This document shows positions 49,335-58,093 of a DNA stretch of 64,000 bases, piece after piece (position 1 is the first letter of the stretch; each line of letters opens with the position of its first letter). Position numbers and translations under genes: made by a program. Source of the DNA: an uncultured Haloferula sp. (GTDB lineage Bacteria; Verrucomicrobiota; Verrucomicrobiia; Verrucomicrobiales; Akkermansiaceae); assembly GCA_965652295.1 (NCBI GenBank), contig CBFGTS010000003.1, positions 224,001 to 288,000 of the forward strand, given 5' to 3'. Below the pieces are notes generated by a model. That model saw only the letters and a program-made list of their open reading frames with translations, was not told the origin of the DNA and did not search any database.

Positions 49335-50420
49335 ATGAATGTTGTCCGCTCTCTCTGCCTCGCCGCCTGCCTCGCCCTCCCCGTCGTGGATGCGGACCCT
49401 CTGTCCGATTGGCCGGCGGGCGCGGAGCCCGCGGAGGTGGGGGAACGGGTGGCGGAGGATTTCCTGACCCGCAAGTTCCGCTACGAAACGAATCCAGCCA
49501 AGGCCCACCTCGGCGTGATCTACCCCGAAATCTGCGTGTGGTACGGAGCGCTGACCCTGGCGCAGGAAGCGCAGCACGAGGAACTCTCGAAGAAACTGAT
49601 CGCGAAATTCGAGCCCTTCGTTTCCGGCGAGCTGGCGAACCACATCAACCGCAGCCCGCATGTCGACTACCGGATGTTCGGCACGCTGCCGTTGGAGATC
49701 CATACGATGAACGGCGACAAGCGCTGCCTGGAGCTGGGCTTGTCCTTCGCCGACGCGCAGTGGAAGAAGACGGCCGACGACGGGGTCACGACGGAAGCGC
49801 GCTACTGGATCGACGACATGTACATGATCCCGATCCTCCAGGTGCAGGCCTACCGCGCGAGCAAGGAGGCGCGCTATCTCGATCACGCCGCGAAAGCCCT
49901 CCGCGCCTATCTGCCGAAGCTGCAACAACCGAACGGGCTCTTCTTTCACGGGCCGGATTCCCAATACTACTGGGGCCGTGGCAACGGCTGGGTCGCGGTC
50001 GGGATGGCCGAGGTCCTGCGTTCGATGCCGGAGGACCATCCGGACCGCACGGCGATCCTCGCGGGCTACCGGAAGATGATGGCCGCGCTGTTGGAGCTCC
50101 AGGCGGATTCGGGGCTGTGGCGGCAGTTGCTGGACGATCCCGGGTCGTGGGAGGAAACCTCGGCCAGCGGGATGTTCACGTTCGCCTTCGTGACCGGGGT
50201 GAAAAACGGCTGGCTGGACGAAGAGCACTACGGACCAGCGGCGCGAAAGGCGTGGCTGGCGCTGGTGGAAAAAATCGATGAGGCCGGCCGGGTACGGGAC
50301 GTGTGCATCGGCACCGACAAGGGATTCAGCAAGGAGTTCTATCTCGAACGACCCCGGGAAACCGGAGATCTGCATGGCCAGGCGCCGATCCTCTGGACGG
50401 CCTCGGCGCTGCTGCGCTGA
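49335..50420 (+). CDS. GH105/GH88 unsaturated glycuronyl hydrolase
   Basis: YWIDDMYM, NGLFFHG, WGRGNGW, GLWRQLLD, ETSASGMF. Confidence 0.9.
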   Translation: MNVVRSLCLAACLALPVVDADPLSDWPAGAEPAEVGERVAEDFLTRKFRYETNPAKAHLGVIYPEICVWYGALTLAQEAQHEELSKKLIAKFEPFVSGELANHINRSPHVDYRMFGTLPLEIHTMNGDKRCLELGLSFADAQWKKTADDGVTTEARYWIDDMYMIPILQVQAYRASKEARYLDHAAKALRAYLPKLQQPNGLFFHGPDSQYYWGRGNGWVAVGMAEVLRSMPEDHPDRTAILAGYRKMMAALLELQADSGLWRQLLDDPGSWEETSASGMFTFAFVTGVKNGWLDEEHYGPAARKAWLALVEKIDEAGRVRDVCIGTDKGFSKEFYLERPRETGDLHGQAPILWTASALLR

Positions 50421-50498
50421 CCCACTTTGGAGGATTCCATGACAGCCGGACGCTCCGGCCGCGTATGGGGCAGGAACCCGATGATCCCTGCCCAACCC

Positions 50499-53495
50499 AT
50501 GCGTGCCCTTGTTTTCTCCTGTCTGGCCGGAATGTGCCTGCCCCTGTCAGCCACCGAACCCGCCCGCGACCTGGTGGTCAGCGAAGGCTTTGCGAACCCG
50601 ATCGGTTTCTACGACGCCATGCCCGGCTTCTCGTGGAAGCTGCCCGCGGCCGCCGGCACGACGGCTCAACGGGCCTATCGGATCATCGCCGCGAGCGCAC
50701 CTGACAAGCTCCCGGCCTCTCCGGACCTGTGGGACAGCGGCAAAGTGGAGTCCCACGACTCGGCGTGGATTCCTTACGCCGGGAACGCGCTGGGCTCCCG
50801 GCAGGAGGTTCACTGGCAGGTGAGGTTCTGGGATCAGAACGATGAGGCCTCGCCCTGGAGCGCGGTGGCGCACTTCGAACTGGGGTTGCTGGATACCTCC
50901 GACTGGCAGGGCCAATGGATCCGCATGGCACCTCCCGCCGGAGAAAACGACACGCCGGAGGTGGTCATCGAAAAGGCCGAGTACCTGCCGGAGGCCCACC
51001 CGGACAAGGCGGTGGATGTCACCGATACCCTCCGCCGCCGCCTGGCCGATGCCCAACCGCTGATCGCGGCGAACAACGAGCTCGCCGGAAGTGATCCACT
51101 CTTTGGCACGGTGAAAAAGCTGGTGATCACCCTGACCCGCGGCGGCAAGCGTGAGACGGTGGAGGTTGCGGAAAACGGCCATTATCATCTGCTGACCGGG
51201 AGCACCTCAGCGGAGGCAGCGCCGTTTGTGCCCCAGTATCTTCGAAAGGAATTCGAGCTGACGAAGCCGGTTGCCTCCGCCCGGCTCCATGTGACGGCAC
51301 GCGGAGTCTACGAGATGCGGCTGAATGGCGACAAAGTCGGCGAAGATTTCATGGCCCCGGGGTGGACGCCCTATGAGAAAAAAATCGAGGCGATCACCTA
51401 TGACGTCACCTCTCAGCTCCGCGAAGGGACGAATGCGATCGGCGGGATCCTCGGTGAAGGCTGGTACGCCGGCCGACTCGGCTGGGGCCAGCACAACGCC
51501 GGGCGGGTGAAGCCGCAGCTGCTGGTGCAGTTGGAGATCGCGCACCCGGACGGCAGCCGCACCGTGGTGGCGAGCGATTCCACCTGGAAAGCCACCGATG
51601 AAGGCCCCATCCGCTTTTCCGGGATCTACGATGGCGAAATCCACGACGCCCGCCGCGAGCTGCCCGGCTGGGATCGGGCGGGCTATGACGACCCTTCCTG
51701 GCATCCCGTTTCCGCCGTAAAACCTGCGACTGACGACCGGATCGCGCCGAAGCGGCACTCGCCCACCCGTCTTCAACGGGAGATCCCCGCGGTGAAGGTC
51801 AGCGAGCCCGTCGAGGGGAAATTCGTCTTCGACCTCGGACAGAACATCGTCGGCTGGCCGAAGCTGACGATCCCGGTGAAGAAGGACCAGACGATCACCG
51901 TGCGCTTCGCCGAAATGCTGGAGAAGGACGGCACGCTTTACACCGCGAACTACCGCAACGCGAAATCGACCGACACCTACATCGCTGCCGCCAATGGCAC
52001 GGCGGAGTGGCACCCGCTCTTCACCTTCCATGGTTTCCGCTATGTCGAGCTGAGCGGGTTTCCGAAGGGCACCCGGCCCGAGCCGGGCTGGGTCACCGGT
52101 GCGGTGCTGCACTCCGACTTCGGCTGGGCCGGCAAGTTCGACTCCTCCCACGAAATGCTGAACCAGCTGCAAAGCAACATCCGCTGGGGGCTGCGCGGAA
52201 ATTTCCTGGACGTTCCCACCGATTGCCCGCAGCGCGACGAACGGCTCGGCTGGACCGGCGACGCTCAGGTTTTCGCCCCCGCGGCGATCTTCAACGCCAA
52301 GGTCCACGCCTTTTTCGCGAGCTGGCTGGAAAGCATGCGGCTCGACCAGCACCCGGACGGATCCATCCCCAACGTCATCCCCAACGTCCTCAACGACCAC
52401 TGCGGCGGCTCCGGCTGGTCGGATGCCGCCACGGTCATCCCCTGGGAAATCTACGTCCGCACCGGAGACCTCAACATCCTCGCCGAGAACTACGACATGA
52501 TGCGCAAGTGGGTCGGCTACTACGAAGCCCACGCCAAGGACGGCATCGTCGATGTCGGCCGCTACGGCGATTGGTTGCAGCCCTACCCGGAAAACGGCCA
52601 AACCCACGCCGACACGCCGAACGACCTACTAGGCACGGCGTATTTCGGTTATTCGGCGGCGCTGACCGCCAAGGCGGCCAGGGCTCTCGGGAAAAATGAT
52701 GAAGCCGGGCGTTTGGAAAAACTCTCCTCCGAGGTGGCGAAGTCCTTTACCGGGAAGTTCTTCGACAAATCCGGCAAGCTGACCACCGCCATCGAGACCC
52801 AGACGGGCTATCTCGTGGCGCTGGGCTTCGACCTCCTCCCTGAAGACCTCCGTCCGAAAGCCCTCGGCCATCTCGTCCGTCTGCTTGAGAAGTCAGGCGG
52901 CCACCTCCGCACCGGCTTCCTCGGCACCCCGCTGCTCGCTCCGGTGCTCGACCGCTTCGGTCGCACCGATCTCGCGTATGGCGCCTTGTTCAAGGAAACC
53001 TATCCGTCCTGGTTCTACTCCATCCACCAGGGCGCGACGACCATGTGGGAGCGCTGGAACAGCTACAGCCACGAGGACGGTTTCGGCGACGCAGGCATGA
53101 ACTCCTTCAACCACTACGCCTATGGAGCCATCGGCCAATGGATGTATGAACGGATCGCCGGCCTCGCCCCCGACCCGGAAGCCCCGGGCTATCGCCACAT
53201 CCTGATCCAACCGCAGCCCGGCGGGTCGCTGGAAACCGCTTCCGCCGAACTGGAAACCCCCTACGGCCTCGCCCGCAGTGCTTGGAAAAAATCCGGCACC
53301 GCGGTCGAGCTGGAGGCCCTGATCCCGCCGAACACGACCGGCACCCTGCGTCTTCCGGTGGTCAGTCCGGCACGCCTGCGGGTCACCCGCGATGGTGCGG
53401 AGGTGAATCTCCAGCTCCAGGGAGACACGGCACATCTCGACCTCGCCCCGGGCACCCATCGCTTCCGCGTCGAAGGCATGCGTTTCGTCGACTGA
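50499..53495 (+). CDS. GH78 alpha-L-rhamnosidase
   Basis: LWDSGKV, FDLGQN, FTFHGFRYVE, PTDCPQRDERLGWTGD, GATTMWERW, NSFNHYAYG. Confidence 0.95.
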   Translation: MRALVFSCLAGMCLPLSATEPARDLVVSEGFANPIGFYDAMPGFSWKLPAAAGTTAQRAYRIIAASAPDKLPASPDLWDSGKVESHDSAWIPYAGNALGSRQEVHWQVRFWDQNDEASPWSAVAHFELGLLDTSDWQGQWIRMAPPAGENDTPEVVIEKAEYLPEAHPDKAVDVTDTLRRRLADAQPLIAANNELAGSDPLFGTVKKLVITLTRGGKRETVEVAENGHYHLLTGSTSAEAAPFVPQYLRKEFELTKPVASARLHVTARGVYEMRLNGDKVGEDFMAPGWTPYEKKIEAITYDVTSQLREGTNAIGGILGEGWYAGRLGWGQHNAGRVKPQLLVQLEIAHPDGSRTVVASDSTWKATDEGPIRFSGIYDGEIHDARRELPGWDRAGYDDPSWHPVSAVKPATDDRIAPKRHSPTRLQREIPAVKVSEPVEGKFVFDLGQNIVGWPKLTIPVKKDQTITVRFAEMLEKDGTLYTANYRNAKSTDTYIAAANGTAEWHPLFTFHGFRYVELSGFPKGTRPEPGWVTGAVLHSDFGWAGKFDSSHEMLNQLQSNIRWGLRGNFLDVPTDCPQRDERLGWTGDAQVFAPAAIFNAKVHAFFASWLESMRLDQHPDGSIPNVIPNVLNDHCGGSGWSDAATVIPWEIYVRTGDLNILAENYDMMRKWVGYYEAHAKDGIVDVGRYGDWLQPYPENGQTHADTPNDLLGTAYFGYSAALTAKAARALGKNDEAGRLEKLSSEVAKSFTGKFFDKSGKLTTAIETQTGYLVALGFDLLPEDLRPKALGHLVRLLEKSGGHLRTGFLGTPLLAPVLDRFGRTDLAYGALFKETYPSWFYSIHQGATTMWERWNSYSHEDGFGDAGMNSFNHYAYGAIGQWMYERIAGLAPDPEAPGYRHILIQPQPGGSLETASAELETPYGLARSAWKKSGTAVELEALIPPNTTGTLRLPVVSPARLRVTRDGAEVNLQLQGDTAHLDLAPGTHRFRVEGMRFVD

Positions 53496-53604
53496 AACAA
53501 AGCTCCACCGGCCGAGATCATGCGGCCGATTTTCCGTTAGCCGCGGGTCGGCTCTTCGACCAGAGTGGCGGCGCATGCCCCATTTGCTCGTCGTCACGGT
53601 CTCA

Positions 53605-55491
53605 ATGTCGCCGCTGGTTTACCTCACCCTGATCCTGGCTCTTGGAGTCCTCGCGCAGTGGTTCGCCTGGCGCTTCAAGCTCCCTTCGATCCTCCTGTTG
53701 CTGGCTTTCGGCTTCGGGCTGGGCCAGCTCACCGGCGTCCGGATCGATGACTTCCTCGCGGGAGCCAGCGGCCACAGCTCGCCGCTGCTCTCGGCCGTCG
53801 GCCTGTTCGTGGCGATCATTCTTTTCGAAGGCGGGCTGACCCTGAAATTCAGCGAGCTGAAGGAATCCGGCCTGCCGATCCTGCGCCTGTGCACGCTGGC
53901 GGTGGTGCTGTCCTTCCTCCTCACCACCGGCTTCATGATCTATGCGCTGGGGTACGATATCCGCCTCGCCGCCCTCACCGGCGCCATCCTCACCGTCACC
54001 GGCCCCACGGTCATCGCGCCGCTGCTGCGCCACGTGAACCCGACCCGCAAGATGGCCTCGATTTTCAAATGGGAGGGCATCGTGGTCGATCCCATCGGGG
54101 CGATTCTCGGCGTGCTCGTGTTCATCATTTCCCTCTCGTCCAGCGCCGACGCGGCTTGGTCGCAGGTGCTGATCGCCATCGGGAAAATGATCCTCGTCGG
54201 CTGCATCTGCGGCTACGCCCTGGGCAAGGTGGTCGAAACCCTGCTGCGGCGTCATCTCATCCCGGACTACCTCCAGCCGGTTTTCCTGCTGGCGGTGGTG
54301 GCCGTCGCCTTCACCCTCTCGAATCTGGTCGAAAAGGAAGCCGGGCTGCTCACCGTGACGGTACTCGGCGTCGTCCTCGCCAACCAGCGCTCGGTGTCCG
54401 TCCGCCACATCCTCGAATTCAAGGAGAACCTGCGGACGCTGATCATCTCCTCGTTGTTCATCGTGCTTTCCGGCCGCATCGCGCTCAGCGACCTGACCCT
54501 CACCCTCGGGAAAGGGGCCGCCTTGCTGGCATTCCTCATTATCGTCGGGCGACCGTTTTCGGTCTTCGGCTCGCTGCTCGGATCGAAGCAGACCACCCTC
54601 AAGGAGCGCACCTTCCTCGCCTTCCTCGCCCCCCGCGGCATCGTCGCCGCCGCCGTCGCCTCGATCTTCGCACTGGAGTGCGAGATCGCCGCCGGAAACG
54701 GCCGTTTCGGCGACCTCGGCCCGGTCATCGCCGCCCAGTCCCAGGAGATCTCCGCCCTCATCTTCCTCGTCATCATCGGCACCGTCGCCATCTACGGGCT
54801 CACCGCCTCGCCGCTGGCCCGCGCCCTCGGCCTCGCCTCGAAAAACCCCACCGGGATCCTCTTCGCCGGGGCCGATGCATGGGCGAGGCTCGCCGCCAAA
54901 ACGCTTCAGGACGACGGCCACCGCGTCATGCTGCTCGACACGAACTACTCGAACATCGCCGCCGCCAAGCTCCTCGGGCTCGACGCCCAGCGCGCCAACA
55001 TCCTGTCCGAATTCGCCGAGGAGGAACTCGATTTCAACGGCCTCGGCTCGCTCGTCGCCGGCACGCCGAACGACGAAGTGAACTCGATGGCCGCCCAGCG
55101 GTTCGCCCATCATTTCGGCCGCGCCAACGTCTGGCAGCTCGCGCCCGTCGACCGCTCCGCGCACCACCGCACCGCCACCTCGTCGGAAATCCGCGCGCAG
55201 AATTGCTTCACCGGAAAGCCCGACCACCGGCAGCTCCAGCAGCTCACCCATGCCGGGGCCCTGGTGAAAAAGTCCCATATCACCGACAAATTCACCTTCG
55301 AGGATTTCCAGAAAACCTACGCCGGCACCTCGGCGATCGTGCTTTTTCTCAACGATAGCTCCAAAGGTCTGCGACCCGCCCCGGCGGAAATTGAAAAACT
55401 CCCCCCGGGCACGACGCTCTACGTGCTGGTCACGGAAAACGGCGAAGGGGTTGAACTCAAACCTGAAACATCGGCCGCCGCGGACCAGTAA
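53605..55491 (+). CDS. CPA1 cation:proton antiporter with C-terminal TrkA-like domain
   Basis: ILFEGGL, VTGPTVI, WEGIVVDPIG, APRGIVAAA. Confidence 0.9.
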   Translation: MSPLVYLTLILALGVLAQWFAWRFKLPSILLLLAFGFGLGQLTGVRIDDFLAGASGHSSPLLSAVGLFVAIILFEGGLTLKFSELKESGLPILRLCTLAVVLSFLLTTGFMIYALGYDIRLAALTGAILTVTGPTVIAPLLRHVNPTRKMASIFKWEGIVVDPIGAILGVLVFIISLSSSADAAWSQVLIAIGKMILVGCICGYALGKVVETLLRRHLIPDYLQPVFLLAVVAVAFTLSNLVEKEAGLLTVTVLGVVLANQRSVSVRHILEFKENLRTLIISSLFIVLSGRIALSDLTLTLGKGAALLAFLIIVGRPFSVFGSLLGSKQTTLKERTFLAFLAPRGIVAAAVASIFALECEIAAGNGRFGDLGPVIAAQSQEISALIFLVIIGTVAIYGLTASPLARALGLASKNPTGILFAGADAWARLAAKTLQDDGHRVMLLDTNYSNIAAAKLLGLDAQRANILSEFAEEELDFNGLGSLVAGTPNDEVNSMAAQRFAHHFGRANVWQLAPVDRSAHHRTATSSEIRAQNCFTGKPDHRQLQQLTHAGALVKKSHITDKFTFEDFQKTYAGTSAIVLFLNDSSKGLRPAPAEIEKLPPGTTLYVLVTENGEGVELKPETSAAADQ

Positions 55492-55503
55492 TCCGCGATT
55501 TCC

Positions 55504-57186
55504 ATGTCCCGCACCCTCAAACGCGCCTTCTTCTGGCTGTCCGGCGCCGGCACCGAAACCCTCGAGCAATGCCCCACCTGGGAGCAGCGGAAATACGTCG
55601 CCTTCGGTGCCACCGTGCTCGTCCCCTGCACGTTCGCGTTCATCGCCTGCGCCTACGCCCTTTCCACCCTCACCGACAACGCGCGGGTCATCTATTCCGT
55701 CGCCGCGGTCTGGGCCTTCATCATCCTCACCATCGACCGCGCCCTGCTCGCCGGCTACCGGCCGTTCCTCTCCTGGACGCGCAAACTCTCGCAGTTCGCC
55801 CTGCGCCTCGGCGTCGCCGTCCTCATGGGCCTCACCATCGCCCACCCACTCGTCCTGCTGCTTTTCCGCGACACCGTGACCTCGGTCATCGAGCAGGAAC
55901 GCGCCGCCGAGATCGAGACCGAACGCGACGTCTTCGCGGCCCGAAAAGACAGCGTCCGCGGCACCATGGACTCGCTGGAGGAAAAGATCGCCAAGCTCCA
56001 GAACGATCGCCTCCAGACCTACAACGCCCAGTTCATCATCCAGGAAAAGGCCGATGCTGACTCCGCCATTCCCGGCCTCACCGCCGAGCAACAGGCCGAA
56101 CTGAAGGAGGCCACCGACGAAGCCACCGCGCCCTTCCGCGCCCGGCTCGATCTCATCAACAAGCAGCTCGATGAGCTCACCCCACAGTTCGCCAAGGCCC
56201 AGACCGAGCTGACCTTCTGGCAGTCGGAATACGAACGCGAACTCAACGGCCAGCGCAGCGGACTCGTCGGCGAAGGGCCACGCGCCCGCTCGATCAAGGC
56301 CGACCAACTCGAACCCCGCCGTGAGGAATCCCGCCGCCTCTCCGGCCTGCTCGAACACCTCAGCGCCGAGAAAGCCACCCTCCAGACCCAGATCCGCGAG
56401 GCGGAAAAACAAGCCATCGCCAGCTTCGAGACGCGCCTCGCCGAGATCGAAGCCTCCAACCAGGCCGAGGCCGAACGCGTCGCCGCCCTCAAGCACCAGG
56501 TCGAGCAAAGCCAGGCCGACGCCTTCGTCACCCAGCAGAATGCCGTCCGCAGTGCGCTCGACACCCAGATCGAGACCCGCAACGCCGAGCTGAAAACCGC
56601 CCAATCCGAGCTCGCCGCCGTTTCCCGCGAGGAGCGCGACCGTATCGACGCGCTCAACGCCGAGCCACGCCGCGACATCCTCACCCAGACCCTCGCCCTC
56701 CACAAACTCTTCAAAAACGGCGCCGAGGGCGGCCAGTTCGCCTTCTACACCTACCTCATCCTCACCACCCTCTTCATGCTCGTGGATACGATTCCGCTGG
56801 TCGTGAAATTCTTCACCAAACCCGGTCCCTACGACCGCCTGCTCGATCGCGACGAAACCTCCTACGCCGCCGAACACGAGGCCTTCCTCCACAGCCACGG
56901 CCGCTACATGGCACAGCTCGCGTCAGGCAACCTCATCGCCGTCACCCGCAACAAGACGCTCGAAAACGCCCTCGTCGATGGCGTCGAGCACTCCCGCGCC
57001 GCCCGCGAGTTCCTCGATTCCCTGATCGGCATGGAGCGCTCGTTCGCCGAGCAGATGCGCCTCGAACAAGAGGCCAGCGTCCAGGCAGGCCCCGAAAAGC
57101 TCGCCGCTCTCGAAGCCATGAAAAAGCGCTTCTACGACGACCTCCACCGCCGCATGGAAATCTTCTTCGCCGGTGCCCAGGCGTGA
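55504..57186 (+). CDS. DUF4407 membrane/coiled-coil protein
   Basis: N-terminal TMs with WAFIILTIDR, IAHPLVLLLF; long coiled coil with E.NG..SG..GEGP. Confidence 0.8.
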   Translation: MSRTLKRAFFWLSGAGTETLEQCPTWEQRKYVAFGATVLVPCTFAFIACAYALSTLTDNARVIYSVAAVWAFIILTIDRALLAGYRPFLSWTRKLSQFALRLGVAVLMGLTIAHPLVLLLFRDTVTSVIEQERAAEIETERDVFAARKDSVRGTMDSLEEKIAKLQNDRLQTYNAQFIIQEKADADSAIPGLTAEQQAELKEATDEATAPFRARLDLINKQLDELTPQFAKAQTELTFWQSEYERELNGQRSGLVGEGPRARSIKADQLEPRREESRRLSGLLEHLSAEKATLQTQIREAEKQAIASFETRLAEIEASNQAEAERVAALKHQVEQSQADAFVTQQNAVRSALDTQIETRNAELKTAQSELAAVSREERDRIDALNAEPRRDILTQTLALHKLFKNGAEGGQFAFYTYLILTTLFMLVDTIPLVVKFFTKPGPYDRLLDRDETSYAAEHEAFLHSHGRYMAQLASGNLIAVTRNKTLENALVDGVEHSRAAREFLDSLIGMERSFAEQMRLEQEASVQAGPEKLAALEAMKKRFYDDLHRRMEIFFAGAQA

Positions 57187-57191
57187 GGCGA

Positions 57192-57251
57192 ATTGGAACG
57201 CGAGCTTTAGCTCGCATGGTCGGACGGGCGAGCTAAAGCTCGCGTTCCAAT
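57192..57251. repeat. Perfect 24-bp inverted REP-like doublet
   Basis: ATTGGAACGCGAGCTTTAGCTCGC (57192-57215) and exact reverse complement (57228-57251). Confidence 0.92.
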
Positions 57252-57264
57252 CCCCGCCCAGCCC

Positions 57265-58014
57265 ATGAACGCCTACTCCTCCCTCGAAGCCCTGCTCCAC
57301 GACGCCTTCTGGGCCGATGAGGAAACGCCTGAGTTGCTCTGGATCGAGAACCTCCTTGAAGAACCCGCGCTCGAAATCGGTTGCGGCTCCGGCCGCCTGC
57401 TGTTGCCTCTGCTCCAGAAAGACCGCCGCATCGAGGGACTCGACAACTCCGCCGACATGCTCGCGCTCTGTCGCGAAAGCGCCGCCACCCTCGGCCTCGA
57501 CCCCGTCCTGCATCACGCGGACATGACCACCTTTTCCCCGGGCAAATCCTACGCATCCCTCTTCGTCCCCGCCTTCACGCTCCAGCTCGCCGCCAACCCC
57601 GCCGCGGCTCTCGCGAATTTCCACAAGCTGCTCAGCCCCGGCGGCCTTCTCTATCTCACCGTTTTTATCCCGCTCGCCGAGATTCATCGCGAGCTGCCGG
57701 AAAACGAGTGGTTTCCCGACCATCGCACGACCCTCCCGGACGGTCGCGAAGCCTCGGTGGAAACCCGCTTCCGCATCGACCGCAAAACCCGCGTGCTCCA
57801 CCGCGAGCACCACTACCGCCTCGAGGACCAGGAGCACTTCTCCGAGCAAACGGTCCGCTGGTTCACACCCCGCCACCTCCAGCGCCTCCTCGCCGAGGCC
57901 GGCTTCGAGGTCGAGAACGCCGTCGCCGATTTCGACGAGGAACTCCCCGTGGACGAGCACAGCCAGATCATCACGATCGTCGCCCGGACGGCCACCAAGT
58001 CCGCCTCCGCTTGA
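57265..58014 (+). CDS. Class I SAM-dependent methyltransferase
   Basis: ALEIGCGSGR, GLDNSADML, LSPGGLL. Confidence 0.88.
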   Translation: MNAYSSLEALLHDAFWADEETPELLWIENLLEEPALEIGCGSGRLLLPLLQKDRRIEGLDNSADMLALCRESAATLGLDPVLHHADMTTFSPGKSYASLFVPAFTLQLAANPAAALANFHKLLSPGGLLYLTVFIPLAEIHRELPENEWFPDHRTTLPDGREASVETRFRIDRKTRVLHREHHYRLEDQEHFSEQTVRWFTPRHLQRLLAEAGFEVENAVADFDEELPVDEHSQIITIVARTATKSASA

Positions 58015-58024
58015 CCCACGCCAA
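58011..58024. promoter_or_regulatory. Possible FNR/CRP-type box upstream of nifJ
   Basis: TTGAC-CCAC-GCCAA, 9/10 to TTGAC-N4-GTCAA; overlaps the upstream stop codon. Confidence 0.3.
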
Positions 58025-58093
58025 GCAAATCCCGCGCCGCGAATCGGCAATGGCGCGAAGCCATCGCATGCCGCCTTGGCATTGACTGATGGC

